64,000 nucleotides of DNA, taken from Histomonas meleagridis 2922-C6/04-290x (lineage: Eukaryota; Protista; Parabasalia). Under the pieces are notes generated by a model that was not told the origin of the DNA, ran no database searches, and worked only from the letters and a program-made list of their open reading frames with translations. Shown piece after piece: positions 41,398 through 52,173 of the stretch. The stretch is taken from positions 310,001 through 374,000 of the forward strand of contig JAANOX010000085.1 of the NCBI GenBank assembly GCA_020184695.1, written 5' to 3'. A program made the position numbers and the translations under genes. Position 1 is the first letter of the stretch. Each line of letters starts with the position of its first letter.

Positions 41398-41612
41398 TAA
41401 ATTTGTCTTGTTTTTTATATAAATTTTTGTACTAAACACCTAAAATTATATTAAGAAATAATATTATGGTGAATTGTTTTTGTATAAAAAAATAATGTGT
41501 TTAAACACTGACCATAAATATGAAATTCTGTGCGTTTTGATCGGCTATGTCAAGAATTGATGACATGTTGCGTCACTTTTAAAGACATGCTATGTGACAT
41601 GAAGCAGAAAAA

Positions 41613-44513
41613 ATGAAAAGAACTATTTTTGCGGATTTCCCACCTGCTTTCCCAATTTTACTTGTTCCCTTGGGCGAAAAAAGTGATAAAACAGACTTAT
41701 TGATCGAAAATTTAGTGAAAGAACCTATTATAATCCATTCTTCAAGAGATAGTCAATTAACAAATTCATGTAAGATGAAAAAAATTTCTATACCAAATGA
41801 TTTAAAAGCCCAAGTAATTTACATTGCGAGCATTCAAGAATTAATACCCATTCAAGAAAGATTATTTAATGAAAGACATTTACCTTTTTTCAAATTCTTT
41901 ATGACTATATTCCTTATTGACTATAGCCGAAATAAAAATCATCAAGAACTTTGTGGTTGTGTTAAAAGTCAAAAATTCTTACCTAATTCAAAAACTATTG
42001 GTTTTATTTATTACTTAGCAACAGAAGATGCTGCAGATTATCAATCAGATACAACCCACATTTCTCTAGCTGTTTATGGGGAAAAAGCAATTGTCAACAT
42101 CAAAGAATTCCTCACGACTTTGTTTCTCCAATCACTCAGAGATTCTGTTGAAACGCTCAAGAAAATTGAAAAAACGTCAAAACCCGATTTTGATACCATC
42201 ATTCAAAATGAAGTTCTATCATTTCTATCAATTGAAAGAAATGACATCAGCTCAAGTTTGATGAGAACCCTTCAAGCATTAGAGAAGGGCGGTCAGCCTA
42301 ATTACACAAAACTTGGAACATTTTTTGAGATATCTGCATTAGCAGAAAGCGTTTTCCCTGGAATTGCATCTGAATTAAAACTTGAAGAACACTATCCGAG
42401 TATTCCTATGATGTGTGGAATCGACGTTTTCGCAGAAAGGCAAAATATTCAATATGTTCTTTACATTATTTCTGCATCATGCTTCTTGAAAGCCAAATCT
42501 CCAACGCTTGTAATAGGGTGTATTTTAAGAGCTATTCAATGTTCACCAAATCCAACTTTCCTTATAAATGAGATTACAAATTTCATTACAAAATTACAAA
42601 TTGGACCACAATCTCAGTTTTTCGAGATGTGTGCATTTGAGCTTGTATATATTGCAGGGAAATACTGTCCTCGAAAAGTTCCTTTGATCTGTTATAAATT
42701 TCTTAACGTTTTCACATTTGATGCAAAAGCTGATTTTCAGCGGCATCTATTTCATGTGCTTCTAAAATCTGCACCAAATGATCCTGTTCTTCGTAATCTA
42801 TGTTCAAATTTGATTACATCAATCATTACATCAGGACAAAATCCATCTATCGTATCTAGGCTTCTTCTTGATTTCCTATCATCATGTGGGCCATCTCTTT
42901 CAAAAGAAGACCAGGAAAATCTTTTCTCAAGGCTGCTAGGGATAACGATGGGCGACGCACGTTATCCTTGTAACTTTGGACTTGTTGCAAGAAAAGTGAA
43001 ATTCATCCAGCCAAAAGTGACGTTCAAATCACAGGGGCGCCCCGCTGAGCAATCAAGCATCTTCAAGTATAGTTTTCTTGGTAACAATTCAGAACAAAAA
43101 GAAATCGAAGTTGGTATAGGATTTAAAGCAAGAGTTTCCTTCGAACTTTTTAATCCATGTAAAATACCACTTTTGACATCTATTCGAATCACAGATATTC
43201 CAAATTGTATAGTTTATGAGAACTCACAGACAATAAGTGGAAACAGTGGGACTAACATTGTTTGTGGGTTTGTTCCAAAGGAACCAGGATCTTATACAAT
43301 TTCAACAATAGAATGTATCGCTTATCATTGTGTACAAAAAATCATGTTTGAGCAACCACTCACAGTAAGAGTTATTCCTGATGTTGTCCAATTTAAATAT
43401 CGTACTGATTTACCAATGACTCATAAGATCAGTGTTTTTGAAGGAGAAAAACTTAGCTTTAATGTATGGATCATGAACTCAGGGAATATCCCTATCGAAA
43501 ACATCCAACTCCAGTTTCCTGATGGCGTTGCTAAGACTGTTTCCTCCCCGGGGCTTCCTGTTCACCCATTCACTGAGACGATGGTTAACGTTCAAATGAC
43601 GGTTGCCGATAAGATGGATCGCATCAAGTTCGATATTGTTTGTTCTTCTCATCTGAGCGAAATACTAACAGTATCAGAGTTTGTTCAAGAGATAGAAGTA
43701 AAGCCTGCGATCTCATTAGCAAGGATTTATACTCTTGAAAAATCGCCTGACATATCTGCTGACTTCTCCAAATTTATTTTTATCGCGTTTGATATTGTTA
43801 ACAATAGCTCTACAAATATTTTCGATTATTCAATCGCATTCGAACAACCTTATGATATTGGATGTAAATTCAAAAGTATTGTTTCGAATGTTCCTAGGTC
43901 AGGAATGTTATCCACAAATGAAACAATGGTATCCATTGTTGCCGTCGAAAAGGAAATTCTTCGAAATGCTAATAAAGTTGATGTCAAAAGAGCAGTAATT
44001 GCTGCTCAAAATGAGGAAGATAGAATCAAAGGAAGGCTTAGCAAGCAGCAAAGAGAAGATTTGGACAAGAGAGTTGCTATTTCAATATTCCTTGAAACTA
44101 ATCTAAAGTTTGAATGGAAGACAACTGGTGGAAGGATTGGTGTACTATCAATTCACTCGGTTATTCCATCTGCTGAACTTCTTGCAGAGCTTAAATGCAA
44201 TCGACCAGAAGTTATATGCAATTTTGTAAGCTGTGAAAAGGAAAAAGTGCCAATCAACAAAAAAGTGACACTTAAAATTCAATACCCAAATACACTTGTG
44301 AAAAAATGTAAAATTGATCTTGGAATGTATATGGATCCTTCATTTGGAATTGCATGGGGTGAAAAACTTGAGCAAATGGATGAAGTTGGGAAAGAAGAAT
44401 TTGAATTTACATTTTTCTTCACAAAGCCAGGAAAGTTTTCCTTTGGTGTGGAATATTCAACAGCTACAGGAATTTGTGGGTTTTCCTGCGCTAAATGTAT
44501 GATTGTTGAGTAA
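41613..44513 (+). CDS. TRAPP II subunit Trs120/TRAPPC9-like
   Basis: 966 aa; helical N-half followed by several Ig-like beta domains starting at an IFKYSF / VSFELFNP motif, as in Trs120. Assignment by pattern recognition only. Confidence 0.55.
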   Translation: MKRTIFADFPPAFPILLVPLGEKSDKTDLLIENLVKEPIIIHSSRDSQLTNSCKMKKISIPNDLKAQVIYIASIQELIPIQERLFNERHLPFFKFFMTIFLIDYSRNKNHQELCGCVKSQKFLPNSKTIGFIYYLATEDAADYQSDTTHISLAVYGEKAIVNIKEFLTTLFLQSLRDSVETLKKIEKTSKPDFDTIIQNEVLSFLSIERNDISSSLMRTLQALEKGGQPNYTKLGTFFEISALAESVFPGIASELKLEEHYPSIPMMCGIDVFAERQNIQYVLYIISASCFLKAKSPTLVIGCILRAIQCSPNPTFLINEITNFITKLQIGPQSQFFEMCAFELVYIAGKYCPRKVPLICYKFLNVFTFDAKADFQRHLFHVLLKSAPNDPVLRNLCSNLITSIITSGQNPSIVSRLLLDFLSSCGPSLSKEDQENLFSRLLGITMGDARYPCNFGLVARKVKFIQPKVTFKSQGRPAEQSSIFKYSFLGNNSEQKEIEVGIGFKARVSFELFNPCKIPLLTSIRITDIPNCIVYENSQTISGNSGTNIVCGFVPKEPGSYTISTIECIAYHCVQKIMFEQPLTVRVIPDVVQFKYRTDLPMTHKISVFEGEKLSFNVWIMNSGNIPIENIQLQFPDGVAKTVSSPGLPVHPFTETMVNVQMTVADKMDRIKFDIVCSSHLSEILTVSEFVQEIEVKPAISLARIYTLEKSPDISADFSKFIFIAFDIVNNSSTNIFDYSIAFEQPYDIGCKFKSIVSNVPRSGMLSTNETMVSIVAVEKEILRNANKVDVKRAVIAAQNEEDRIKGRLSKQQREDLDKRVAISIFLETNLKFEWKTTGGRIGVLSIHSVIPSAELLAELKCNRPEVICNFVSCEKEKVPINKKVTLKIQYPNTLVKKCKIDLGMYMDPSFGIAWGEKLEQMDEVGKEEFEFTFFFTKPGKFSFGVEYSTATGICGFSCAKCMIVE

Positions 44514-44875
44514 AATATGTTTTGAATAATTTATTCAAATTGTTCAATTTCACAAAAATGTTCGATCACATCTTTTGCATTGTTTTGTAAATAATTTTAT
44601 CTACGAAATATGTTTATTTGTTTTTGTATATTGCAGAACATCGCATATTAAATTATTAATTATTAATTTGTACTATTTTACTGAAGGAATTGCACAATAT
44701 CAAATTCAAATAATACTATTAAATAATTGCAGTACAATATTTTCAGATTGTTTGTTAAGTGTGATCGCATATTACGAATCAATTAGTATAAAAAAATGTT
44801 TGAGTACAATGTACAATTTAATATAACCATTTGATTAAAAATATATTTATTGAAATATAAAAACAATTTAAACAC

Positions 44876-47788
44876 CTAAAAGTAATCCAAACTGATGCTG
44901 AGATCCTCTGCATCAGATCCGTCACTTTCTACAGGTACCACATCAGCTTTAGCGTCTGTAACCAACGACTGGTGTTCAGGCTTGTCACTGTCATCAAATG
45001 AAGATGAAACATGTTTTTCGTTGCTGATGTGCTTTGATGACTTTGATGAAGAACTGTCTAATTTGACATCTTCGATTTCACTGCTCTTATTTATGTTTTC
45101 GCTATGTTTTGATGACTTTGAAGCCGAACTATGAATTTTAATATCTTCAATGTCTTTGATTTCATTTACATTTTGACTGTGATTTGATGACTTTGACGAA
45201 GAACTGTCAAATTTAACATCTTCGATTTCGCTGCTCTTATTTATGTTTTCGTTATGTTTTGATGACTTTGATGAAGCACTTTGTAATTTGATGTCTTCGA
45301 TTTTGCTGATTTCATTTACATTTTGACTGTGCTTTGATGACTTTGATGAAGAACTGTCAAATTTAACATCTTCGATTTCGCTGCTCTTATTTATGTTTTC
45401 GCTATGCTTTGATGACTTTGATGAAGCACTTTGTAATTTGACATCTTCGATTTCACTGCTCTTATTTATATTTTCGCTATGTTTTGAAGCGGTACTATGA
45501 ATTTTAATATCTTCGATGTCTTTGATTTCATTTACTTTTTGACTTTGCTTTGAGGATTTGGACGAAGTACTTTGCAATTTGACATCTTCAATTCCATTTA
45601 TGTTTTTACTGTTCATTGATGACTTTGAAGCAGAACTTTGGAATTTCCCTTCTTCGTTTCCGATTTTGATGTCATCAAGTGGTATTTTTAATAAATTTTC
45701 GTCGTGCTTTGATGATTTTGTTCGATTTGAAGCTGAACTTAAAATATTTTCTTTATGTTGTGATGACTTTGAGTGTATTGATGACGAACTTTGGAATTTC
45801 GTTTCTTCTTTTTCTGATGCTCTTCGTGCTGAACTCAATTCTTTACTATGTTTCGATGATATTGATTTTCTTGATATTGAACTTTCGTGATTTGATAATT
45901 CTTTTCTCGATGATAAACGTGAAGCTGAACTTAACATATTTTCTTTGTGTTGCGATGATATCGATTTAATTGATGAAGAACTTTGGAATTTCATTTCTTC
46001 TTTTGCTGATGCTCTTCGTGGTGAACTTAACTCTTTACTATGTTTCGATGATATTGATTTCTTTGATGCTGAACTTAACATATTTTCATTTCGTTTTGAT
46101 GAAAGTGATTTATTTGATATTGAACTTTCATGTTCTGAAGGTTCTTTTCTCGATGACAAACGTGAAGCTGAACTTAACATATTTTCTTTGTGTCGTGATG
46201 ATATCGATTTAATTGATGACGAACTTTGGAATTTCGTTTCTTCTTTTTCTGATGCTCTTCGTGCTGAACTCAATTCTTTACTATGTTTCGATGATATTGA
46301 TTTTCTTGATATTGAACTTTCGTGATTTGATAATTCTTTTCTCGATGATAAACGTGAAGCTGAACTTAACATATTTTCTTTATGTTGCGATGATATTGAT
46401 TTAATTGATGACGAACTTTGGAATTTCATTTCTTCTTTTTCTGATGCTCTTCGTGCTGAACTTAATTCTTTACTATGTTTCGATGATATTGATTTCTTTG
46501 ATGCTGAACTTTGGTATTTCTCTTTTCTCGATGATAAACGTGAAGCTAAACTTAACATATTTTCTTTATGCCGTGATGACTTTGATCTCATTGAAGCAGA
46601 ACTTTGGAATTTCCCTTCTTCGTTTCCGATTTTGATGTCATCAAGTGGTATTTTTAATAAATTTTTGTCGTGCTTTGATGATTTTGTTCGATTTGAAGCT
46701 GAACTTAACATATTTTCTTTATGTTGTGATGACTTTGAGCGTATTGATGACGAACTTTGGAATTTCATTTCTTCTTTTTCTGATGCTCTTCGTGGTGAAC
46801 TTAATTCTTTACTATGTTTCGATGATATTGAACTTAACATATTTTCATTTTTCTTTGATGAATCTGAATCTGAACTTAGCATATCGAAGTTCGACGAATT
46901 TGAATGCGAACTTTTTGATTTTTCTTCTTCTTTTCCTATAAATTCATCACTTGATGATGAGCTTGACAATTTTTCATTCTTTTTCGATGAATCAGATGCA
47001 TTTTCTGATGACGTACTTAGTAAATTCACTTCGTCTTTGATTATTATATCATTACCATCAGAAGACATTGAATTTGAAGAAAATAATTTCGTTTCATCTT
47101 TATCGTCTTTATGTTTTTCACTCGAACTAAGTTTTTTATCATTATTTGATAATGTATTACTTCGAGCACTAGATGTTTTTGTACTTATTCTAGAAGTCTT
47201 GGAACTAACAGAAGATTTGTCAGATAATTTATTTGTTTGATAACCAATTTTAATACTTTCTTTTGGAAATTTGCGCTTATATGTGGCACTGTAACTTTTT
47301 TTACTGTTGTTTGTTGAGTACGGGGTTGTATATTCTGCATAACTCTCATTTGATGCAGATGAAATGTCGCTTGGATCTGGTATAACGGAAGATGAAGAAG
47401 TAACATATGAAGATGAAACATAATTAGAAGTTCGGGATGATGATGAAGGATACCGCACATCGGAATCAAATAAATTGAACTCAACAAATTTCCCTTCTTT
47501 TCTTGTTGAACTTTTGGTACTATTCCAATCTTCAATCCTTTTTGATTTATTTGGTCTAGTATCAATTTTCCTGATCATTGCACTGTGGTCTTGATATGCT
47601 TTTTGTACCTTTTCTTTATATCTTTCTTGTTTTTCATAATGAAGTTGAATTCTTGGTGATATGTCAGGTCGAGAAGTATTAATAATTGGTCTAGAACGTT
47701 GCAGGGCTTCCATGTGCCTTTTGTATGCACGTTCTTTTTCTTGAATATCAAGAAACCGATTTGAAACTGGTGGTTCTCTCACAGACAT
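44876..47788 (-). CDS. Ser/Lys/Glu-rich repetitive protein with N-terminal CFAP97/KIAA1430-like motif
   Basis: MSVREPPVSNRFLDIQEKERAYKRHMEALQRSRPIINTSRP resembles the CFAP97 domain, followed by ~700 aa of modular repeats. ATG 47788 preferred because the ORF-track TTG at 47887 overlaps the HMG gene. Confidence 0.7.
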   Translation of the reverse strand: MSVREPPVSNRFLDIQEKERAYKRHMEALQRSRPIINTSRPDISPRIQLHYEKQERYKEKVQKAYQDHSAMIRKIDTRPNKSKRIEDWNSTKSSTRKEGKFVEFNLFDSDVRYPSSSSRTSNYVSSSYVTSSSSVIPDPSDISSASNESYAEYTTPYSTNNSKKSYSATYKRKFPKESIKIGYQTNKLSDKSSVSSKTSRISTKTSSARSNTLSNNDKKLSSSEKHKDDKDETKLFSSNSMSSDGNDIIIKDEVNLLSTSSENASDSSKKNEKLSSSSSSDEFIGKEEEKSKSSHSNSSNFDMLSSDSDSSKKNENMLSSISSKHSKELSSPRRASEKEEMKFQSSSSIRSKSSQHKENMLSSASNRTKSSKHDKNLLKIPLDDIKIGNEEGKFQSSASMRSKSSRHKENMLSLASRLSSRKEKYQSSASKKSISSKHSKELSSARRASEKEEMKFQSSSSIKSISSQHKENMLSSASRLSSRKELSNHESSISRKSISSKHSKELSSARRASEKEETKFQSSSSIKSISSRHKENMLSSASRLSSRKEPSEHESSISNKSLSSKRNENMLSSASKKSISSKHSKELSSPRRASAKEEMKFQSSSSIKSISSQHKENMLSSASRLSSRKELSNHESSISRKSISSKHSKELSSARRASEKEETKFQSSSSIHSKSSQHKENILSSASNRTKSSKHDENLLKIPLDDIKIGNEEGKFQSSASKSSMNSKNINGIEDVKLQSTSSKSSKQSQKVNEIKDIEDIKIHSTASKHSENINKSSEIEDVKLQSASSKSSKHSENINKSSEIEDVKFDSSSSKSSKHSQNVNEISKIEDIKLQSASSKSSKHNENINKSSEIEDVKFDSSSSKSSNHSQNVNEIKDIEDIKIHSSASKSSKHSENINKSSEIEDVKLDSSSSKSSKHISNEKHVSSSFDDSDKPEHQSLVTDAKADVVPVESDGSDAEDLSISLDYF

Positions 47789-47855
47789 ATTTATTAGGTA
47801 ACGTACATCATAGAAAAATTTAATAGGGACCCAAACGGTTTTTAGGGTCCAAAAA

Positions 47856-48299
47856 ATGGAGCTTGGCGCCAAAATGTTCGACAACAACCAACAGCAAGAA
47901 GATAAAATTCCTCCAAACGCGTTTATCCTTTTTATGAGGTCTATACGGCAAACTATTATTCAAGATGTATCTAGTGGTGTAACCGAAGAAACAGTTGATC
48001 CAATAATTGGAAAGATGTGGCAAGGATTGCCCGAAGATTCTAAAAATGTTTACCGTGAACAAGCAAAGGAAATAGCCGAAAAATTTAGAGCAGAACATCC
48101 TGACTATCCTGATAAAAAAGTGAAAAGATCACCTGAATTTGCCAAAAAACCACACCCTGAACCTATACACGTAAAAGTTATTTTTGATAATGAAGCAACT
48201 GATCAAGGGAATAGTCAAATTTCTGATGATCCTCTTTCAATTCTGAAACTTCCCCAAAAAGAGGTAGAATCTGAAATTCACACAGTGAATTTTGATTAA
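47856..48299 (+). CDS. HMG-box protein
   Basis: PPNAFILF..IIGKMWQGLPEDSKNVYREQA....F..EHPDY; divergent from the 47788 gene across 67 bp. Confidence 0.88.
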   Translation: MELGAKMFDNNQQQEDKIPPNAFILFMRSIRQTIIQDVSSGVTEETVDPIIGKMWQGLPEDSKNVYREQAKEIAEKFRAEHPDYPDKKVKRSPEFAKKPHPEPIHVKVIFDNEATDQGNSQISDDPLSILKLPQKEVESEIHTVNFD

Positions 48300-49025
48300 A
48301 CAGTGTCTGTGTTTTTGCTGGTCTTATTAAAATCAATTTTTTTTAACATTTATTAATTTTCACTTAGTGATAAGCTATAGAAAACATTATTTTTCAAAGT
48401 TTTTCTGATTTAAAATATAAATTGATTATTTTATTGTAAATGTCGAAAGTAAAAATGAAGAAGATTTAAGTCAAAAACTGTACAAAAAAATTATGAAATC
48501 AACACAGATTTTTAAATACAATAAGATACAACAAGAAACTTTACTACTTATTATTCTTTGATATCTACCAAATTGATATTTTACCAAAAGAATTTATTTT
48601 GAAATTTCCATGGCTTTGAACAACACAATTGTGAGTTATTATAGATTCTATTAAATTTGTTGATCTGTTGCTAGTTTACAAATTAAAATATTACTATATG
48701 GGAAATATCTCAAAATATTTGAAAAAGCATGCTCGAAACTATATTGCATTCAGAAAGAACGATCAGTCGAAATTTCATTATAGCAACATTATTTTAATCT
48801 CCTGAAAAATTTATTGAAAAAATATAGCAAGATTTGAAGTTTAAGGATCTTTAAAACTGCCGTTTTTTATTCAAGTAAAAGTTTTGTTGCTTAGCATTGC
48901 TTTATTCTATGGGAAAACAATAAATAAATTGTGATGTTAAATAAAATTGTTGTAAACACGATAGACGTCTAAAAAGATCTTTTTTGTTTGAATTGTTATA
49001 ACAGTTTTTGAATATTCAGAAAAAT

Positions 49026-49670
49026 ATGTCATAATCAAAAAGTCAGCTTACCATCAAGGTGATTGCTTCTCTCTTAAGAAAGTATTGCATGTGGAAAGAA
49101 CGAAGGCGTCAACAAAACGCTTCTGTTGTTATAGATAATTTAAAGATACCCATTTATGGTTCAGGAGCCACTGGCAAAACATGCTTGATAACTAGGTTGT
49201 TTCAAAATGAATTCACTGAAGAATATCACGCCACTACAGAAGAAACATACAAAAAAAGTATTACATATAAATCTCATCAAACATTTGTGGAAATAGTCGA
49301 ATGCGGTTATTCAAAAGATCAAGCTTACCTTGAATCTCGTCTCATACAAACAAAGCCAGACTGTGTTATCTATGTTTATTCTATAAATTCCCGTGAATCT
49401 TTTAATGAACTAACAGATTTACACTTCAAACTTAAGAGATTTTTAAAATTTGTTATTCCAATTGTTTTGTGTGGCAATAAGCTTGACATGGAAAATGAAC
49501 GTGAGGTTTTAAGATATGAAGGAGAATCTTTTGCGATCGGAATTGGAGCAAAATTTATGGAAACATCAGCTAAAACAGGTCAAGGCATTAGCGATGAACT
49601 TATTTTGATTCCACTCATTACAAAGCACGAACAAAACGAGATATATATTAATTTTCATAGAAAAATTTAA
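49026..49670 (+). CDS. Divergent Ras-like small GTPase (in-frame TAA at codon 3; alternative ATG at 49089)
   Basis: [17 protein letters not shown] (switch I-like), GNKLD, ETSAK. G3 reads ECG (no Asp) and there is no CAAX. ATG 49026 is in frame but is followed by TCA TAA. Confidence 0.65.
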
Positions 49671-50297
49671 CAAAGAATAAACTATTAGAATAATTCGTAT
49701 TTTGCACTCAATTATATCCTGTGCTATGTATGGTATAACTCTAAAACAAAGTTGTAATGTTGCACCAAATTTGATTATGCTGTTTGAAACGATAATGAAG
49801 GAAAAGTTTGGCGTTAAAGGTGAACAGTTATAATGTTTTCATGAGGGAATGTAGATCATGATCCATGCATCCAAATTGGAAATGTTAACCCTATGTAAAT
49901 CATTCTAAGTTACATGGAAGATTTTAAACAAAGGGATATAATAGTTCCTAGGAAAGCTTAAGTTATCGCAACATGAAAAAAAAAAATGAATGCGTTTAAA
50001 CATATAATTTTATATCAATTTCAAAATATTTTCAGGAACATTATGTATTCATAGAAATCTTATAACCCAAAATATAAATATATTTACATTTTCCAAACCA
50101 TGCTAATATTTTAAAATATTGTGAAACATATTGTTCTAAAAAAAGCGAATATAACAAAAATGATAATAATAAATGTGTTTCATTTGGATTTGATGTTAAT
50201 TCGTGTTACAAAAATTTAATTCGACAATTATGTGAGTTACAAGGTTTATAAAATAAGATAGAACATACTTCAATATGTATTAACAACAATCTGTTTC

Positions 50298-51548
50298 TCA
50301 TTGCTTTTTCTCTTTAACAGCTTCTGACGTTTTCGCCAATGGAATATTAATGATTTGTCCATCGACTGTCTTGCACCTTGCGTTCTGACCATCATCTGAC
50401 ATCCATAGTACGTATTGACCTTTTTGTATTGAATACGTTTCATCATTAAAATCTTCTTCGACTTTTAAAACTTTTCTCTTAATATCTTTTCTGTATTTCA
50501 AGTTTGATGATGGGACTTTACCTCTTAGTCCTGTTTCTTCACTTTCTACTAATGCAGTCAGGCCATCCTTGATTATCTTTACTGTTTCATTAGCCTTTAC
50601 TTTGAAGTAATCTGTTTTACTTTGATATTCGGCCTTAACGGTCGCAAATGATGAGTGAAGTTCACCAGCAAAAACAATGTTCCATGGAAGATACTCAAAT
50701 ATATCAAATTTAAGAGCTGGTGGTTGTGAAAACTCATCAACAATCATTGATACCTTCTCACGGGGACAATCTTGCGCATTTTTGTCTTCTTGAATTATTT
50801 GTTGAAGACGTGTCATGTCACTTTCGGCAGCTTCGGCGAGCGTGAGATATGAATCTGAAAGTTCATTGAGAATTTCAACAAATTTACGGATTAAATTTTG
50901 GATATTTTCAAAAAATTCTCGCTCATATCCTTCAAAATCAACTGCCATGTTTTCCGTAGCAACCTGAAACTCACGGACCCTTTGGTAGTAGTTTGAATGT
51001 GCTTTAGCTGCTTCTTCTTCAACTTCTATGCATTGTATTCGATGTTGATCAAGTTCGCTTTGAATCTTTTCTTGCTTTGATGGGTCCTTAAAGAGCTGCT
51101 CTCCAAGTGATTCAATCTTTTTACATATTGTTTGATAGTTTGAATATTTTGCGAGATATTCTTGATAAGAAGCAAGACATAACGCTTTTGCATTTTCGAA
51201 AGCAGCATTAAGATTTTTAATGTGCTCTTTATATGTGAGTGTAATATGTTTTGTTGATGAAGTCTGAAGAATTTGTAATTGTTTGAAAAATGAGGAATTT
51301 AATGTATTATTTGATATAAAAAGGCATGCCCAGTTTGTAAAATGAAGGGTCCCCTCGTCTCTTACCATTCCACTAAGTTTTGAATCTGTTTCAGTGAAAA
51401 AATTATTAAAATCATTTATAAGCCCAATGATTGAATTTGAAAAGCTGTCAAACATCTGTTGAACCATAGCACACATAGTCAAACGACGTTTAGCAACCTG
51501 TTTTATCTTGTTGAACATTTTTTCTTGGTGCTTGATGGGCTCATCCAT
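50298..51548 (-). CDS. F-BAR-like coiled-coil protein with two degenerate SH3-like C-terminal domains
   Basis: Helical N-terminal ~260 aa, then ATVKAEYQ..FKVKANETVKII...GLRGKVPSSNL and VLKVEEDF..YSIQKGQYV...IINIP. Confidence 0.6.
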   Translation of the reverse strand: MDEPIKHQEKMFNKIKQVAKRRLTMCAMVQQMFDSFSNSIIGLINDFNNFFTETDSKLSGMVRDEGTLHFTNWACLFISNNTLNSSFFKQLQILQTSSTKHITLTYKEHIKNLNAAFENAKALCLASYQEYLAKYSNYQTICKKIESLGEQLFKDPSKQEKIQSELDQHRIQCIEVEEEAAKAHSNYYQRVREFQVATENMAVDFEGYEREFFENIQNLIRKFVEILNELSDSYLTLAEAAESDMTRLQQIIQEDKNAQDCPREKVSMIVDEFSQPPALKFDIFEYLPWNIVFAGELHSSFATVKAEYQSKTDYFKVKANETVKIIKDGLTALVESEETGLRGKVPSSNLKYRKDIKRKVLKVEEDFNDETYSIQKGQYVLWMSDDGQNARCKTVDGQIINIPLAKTSEAVKEKKQ

Positions 51549-52173
51549 TTGTTGTTAACGGCCTTCTTTCTATCACATACAACCGACATTATTTTCATAA
51601 AAAGCTTTTTATGAGCTCACAAATTTTTTATTCAAATTTTAAAATTATTTTATCTTTTGATTATCTAATTAAATCCTAATTTATAAAACAATTTAAGTAA
51701 GCCAATATTTTGGTAATTAATAAATTTTTGAAAATTCTTATTTACTATTTGGTACATTGGGAAAATATTATTTTTAAAAATGGGTGGGTGCAAAAATTTT
51801 CAATATACTTTGTGCAAAAAGAGGAGCCACTTTTCAAATCTGTCCACATTGGTTTTTTTCACACAGCTTTAAGTCTTGTGATTAAATCTGTAGGAAATTT
51901 TGAATTCTTTCTTTATTAGAAATGCCATTATATTGATTTAGTATTTGTATTTTATATGATTAGTTCAATTTTATTTAACATTCATAATTGATAAAATTCA
52001 ATTGCAAGCTATCTTTGAACGAAAACAAAAAAATATAGAATATAGTTGCTTATTTAAATTTTTAAGTGTTTTTGAAAAATGATGGGTCTTTTTCTATTAC
52101 ACTTTGAGCATTTTCTAGAAAAAAAATTTGAATTTTAACAATTTGCGTTTAGGGTACCCCATTTTTCAGCCCA

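Noticed and set aside
44895-47240. Plus-strand ORFs of 63-202 aa over the Ser-rich gene
   Set aside because: Antisense shadows of a low-complexity repetitive CDS.
47789-47887. ORF-track N-terminal extensions (47887, also 18394 and 21215)
   Set aside because: Non-ATG starts. A downstream in-frame ATG coincides with the start of homology, and the 47887 start would overlap the HMG gene.
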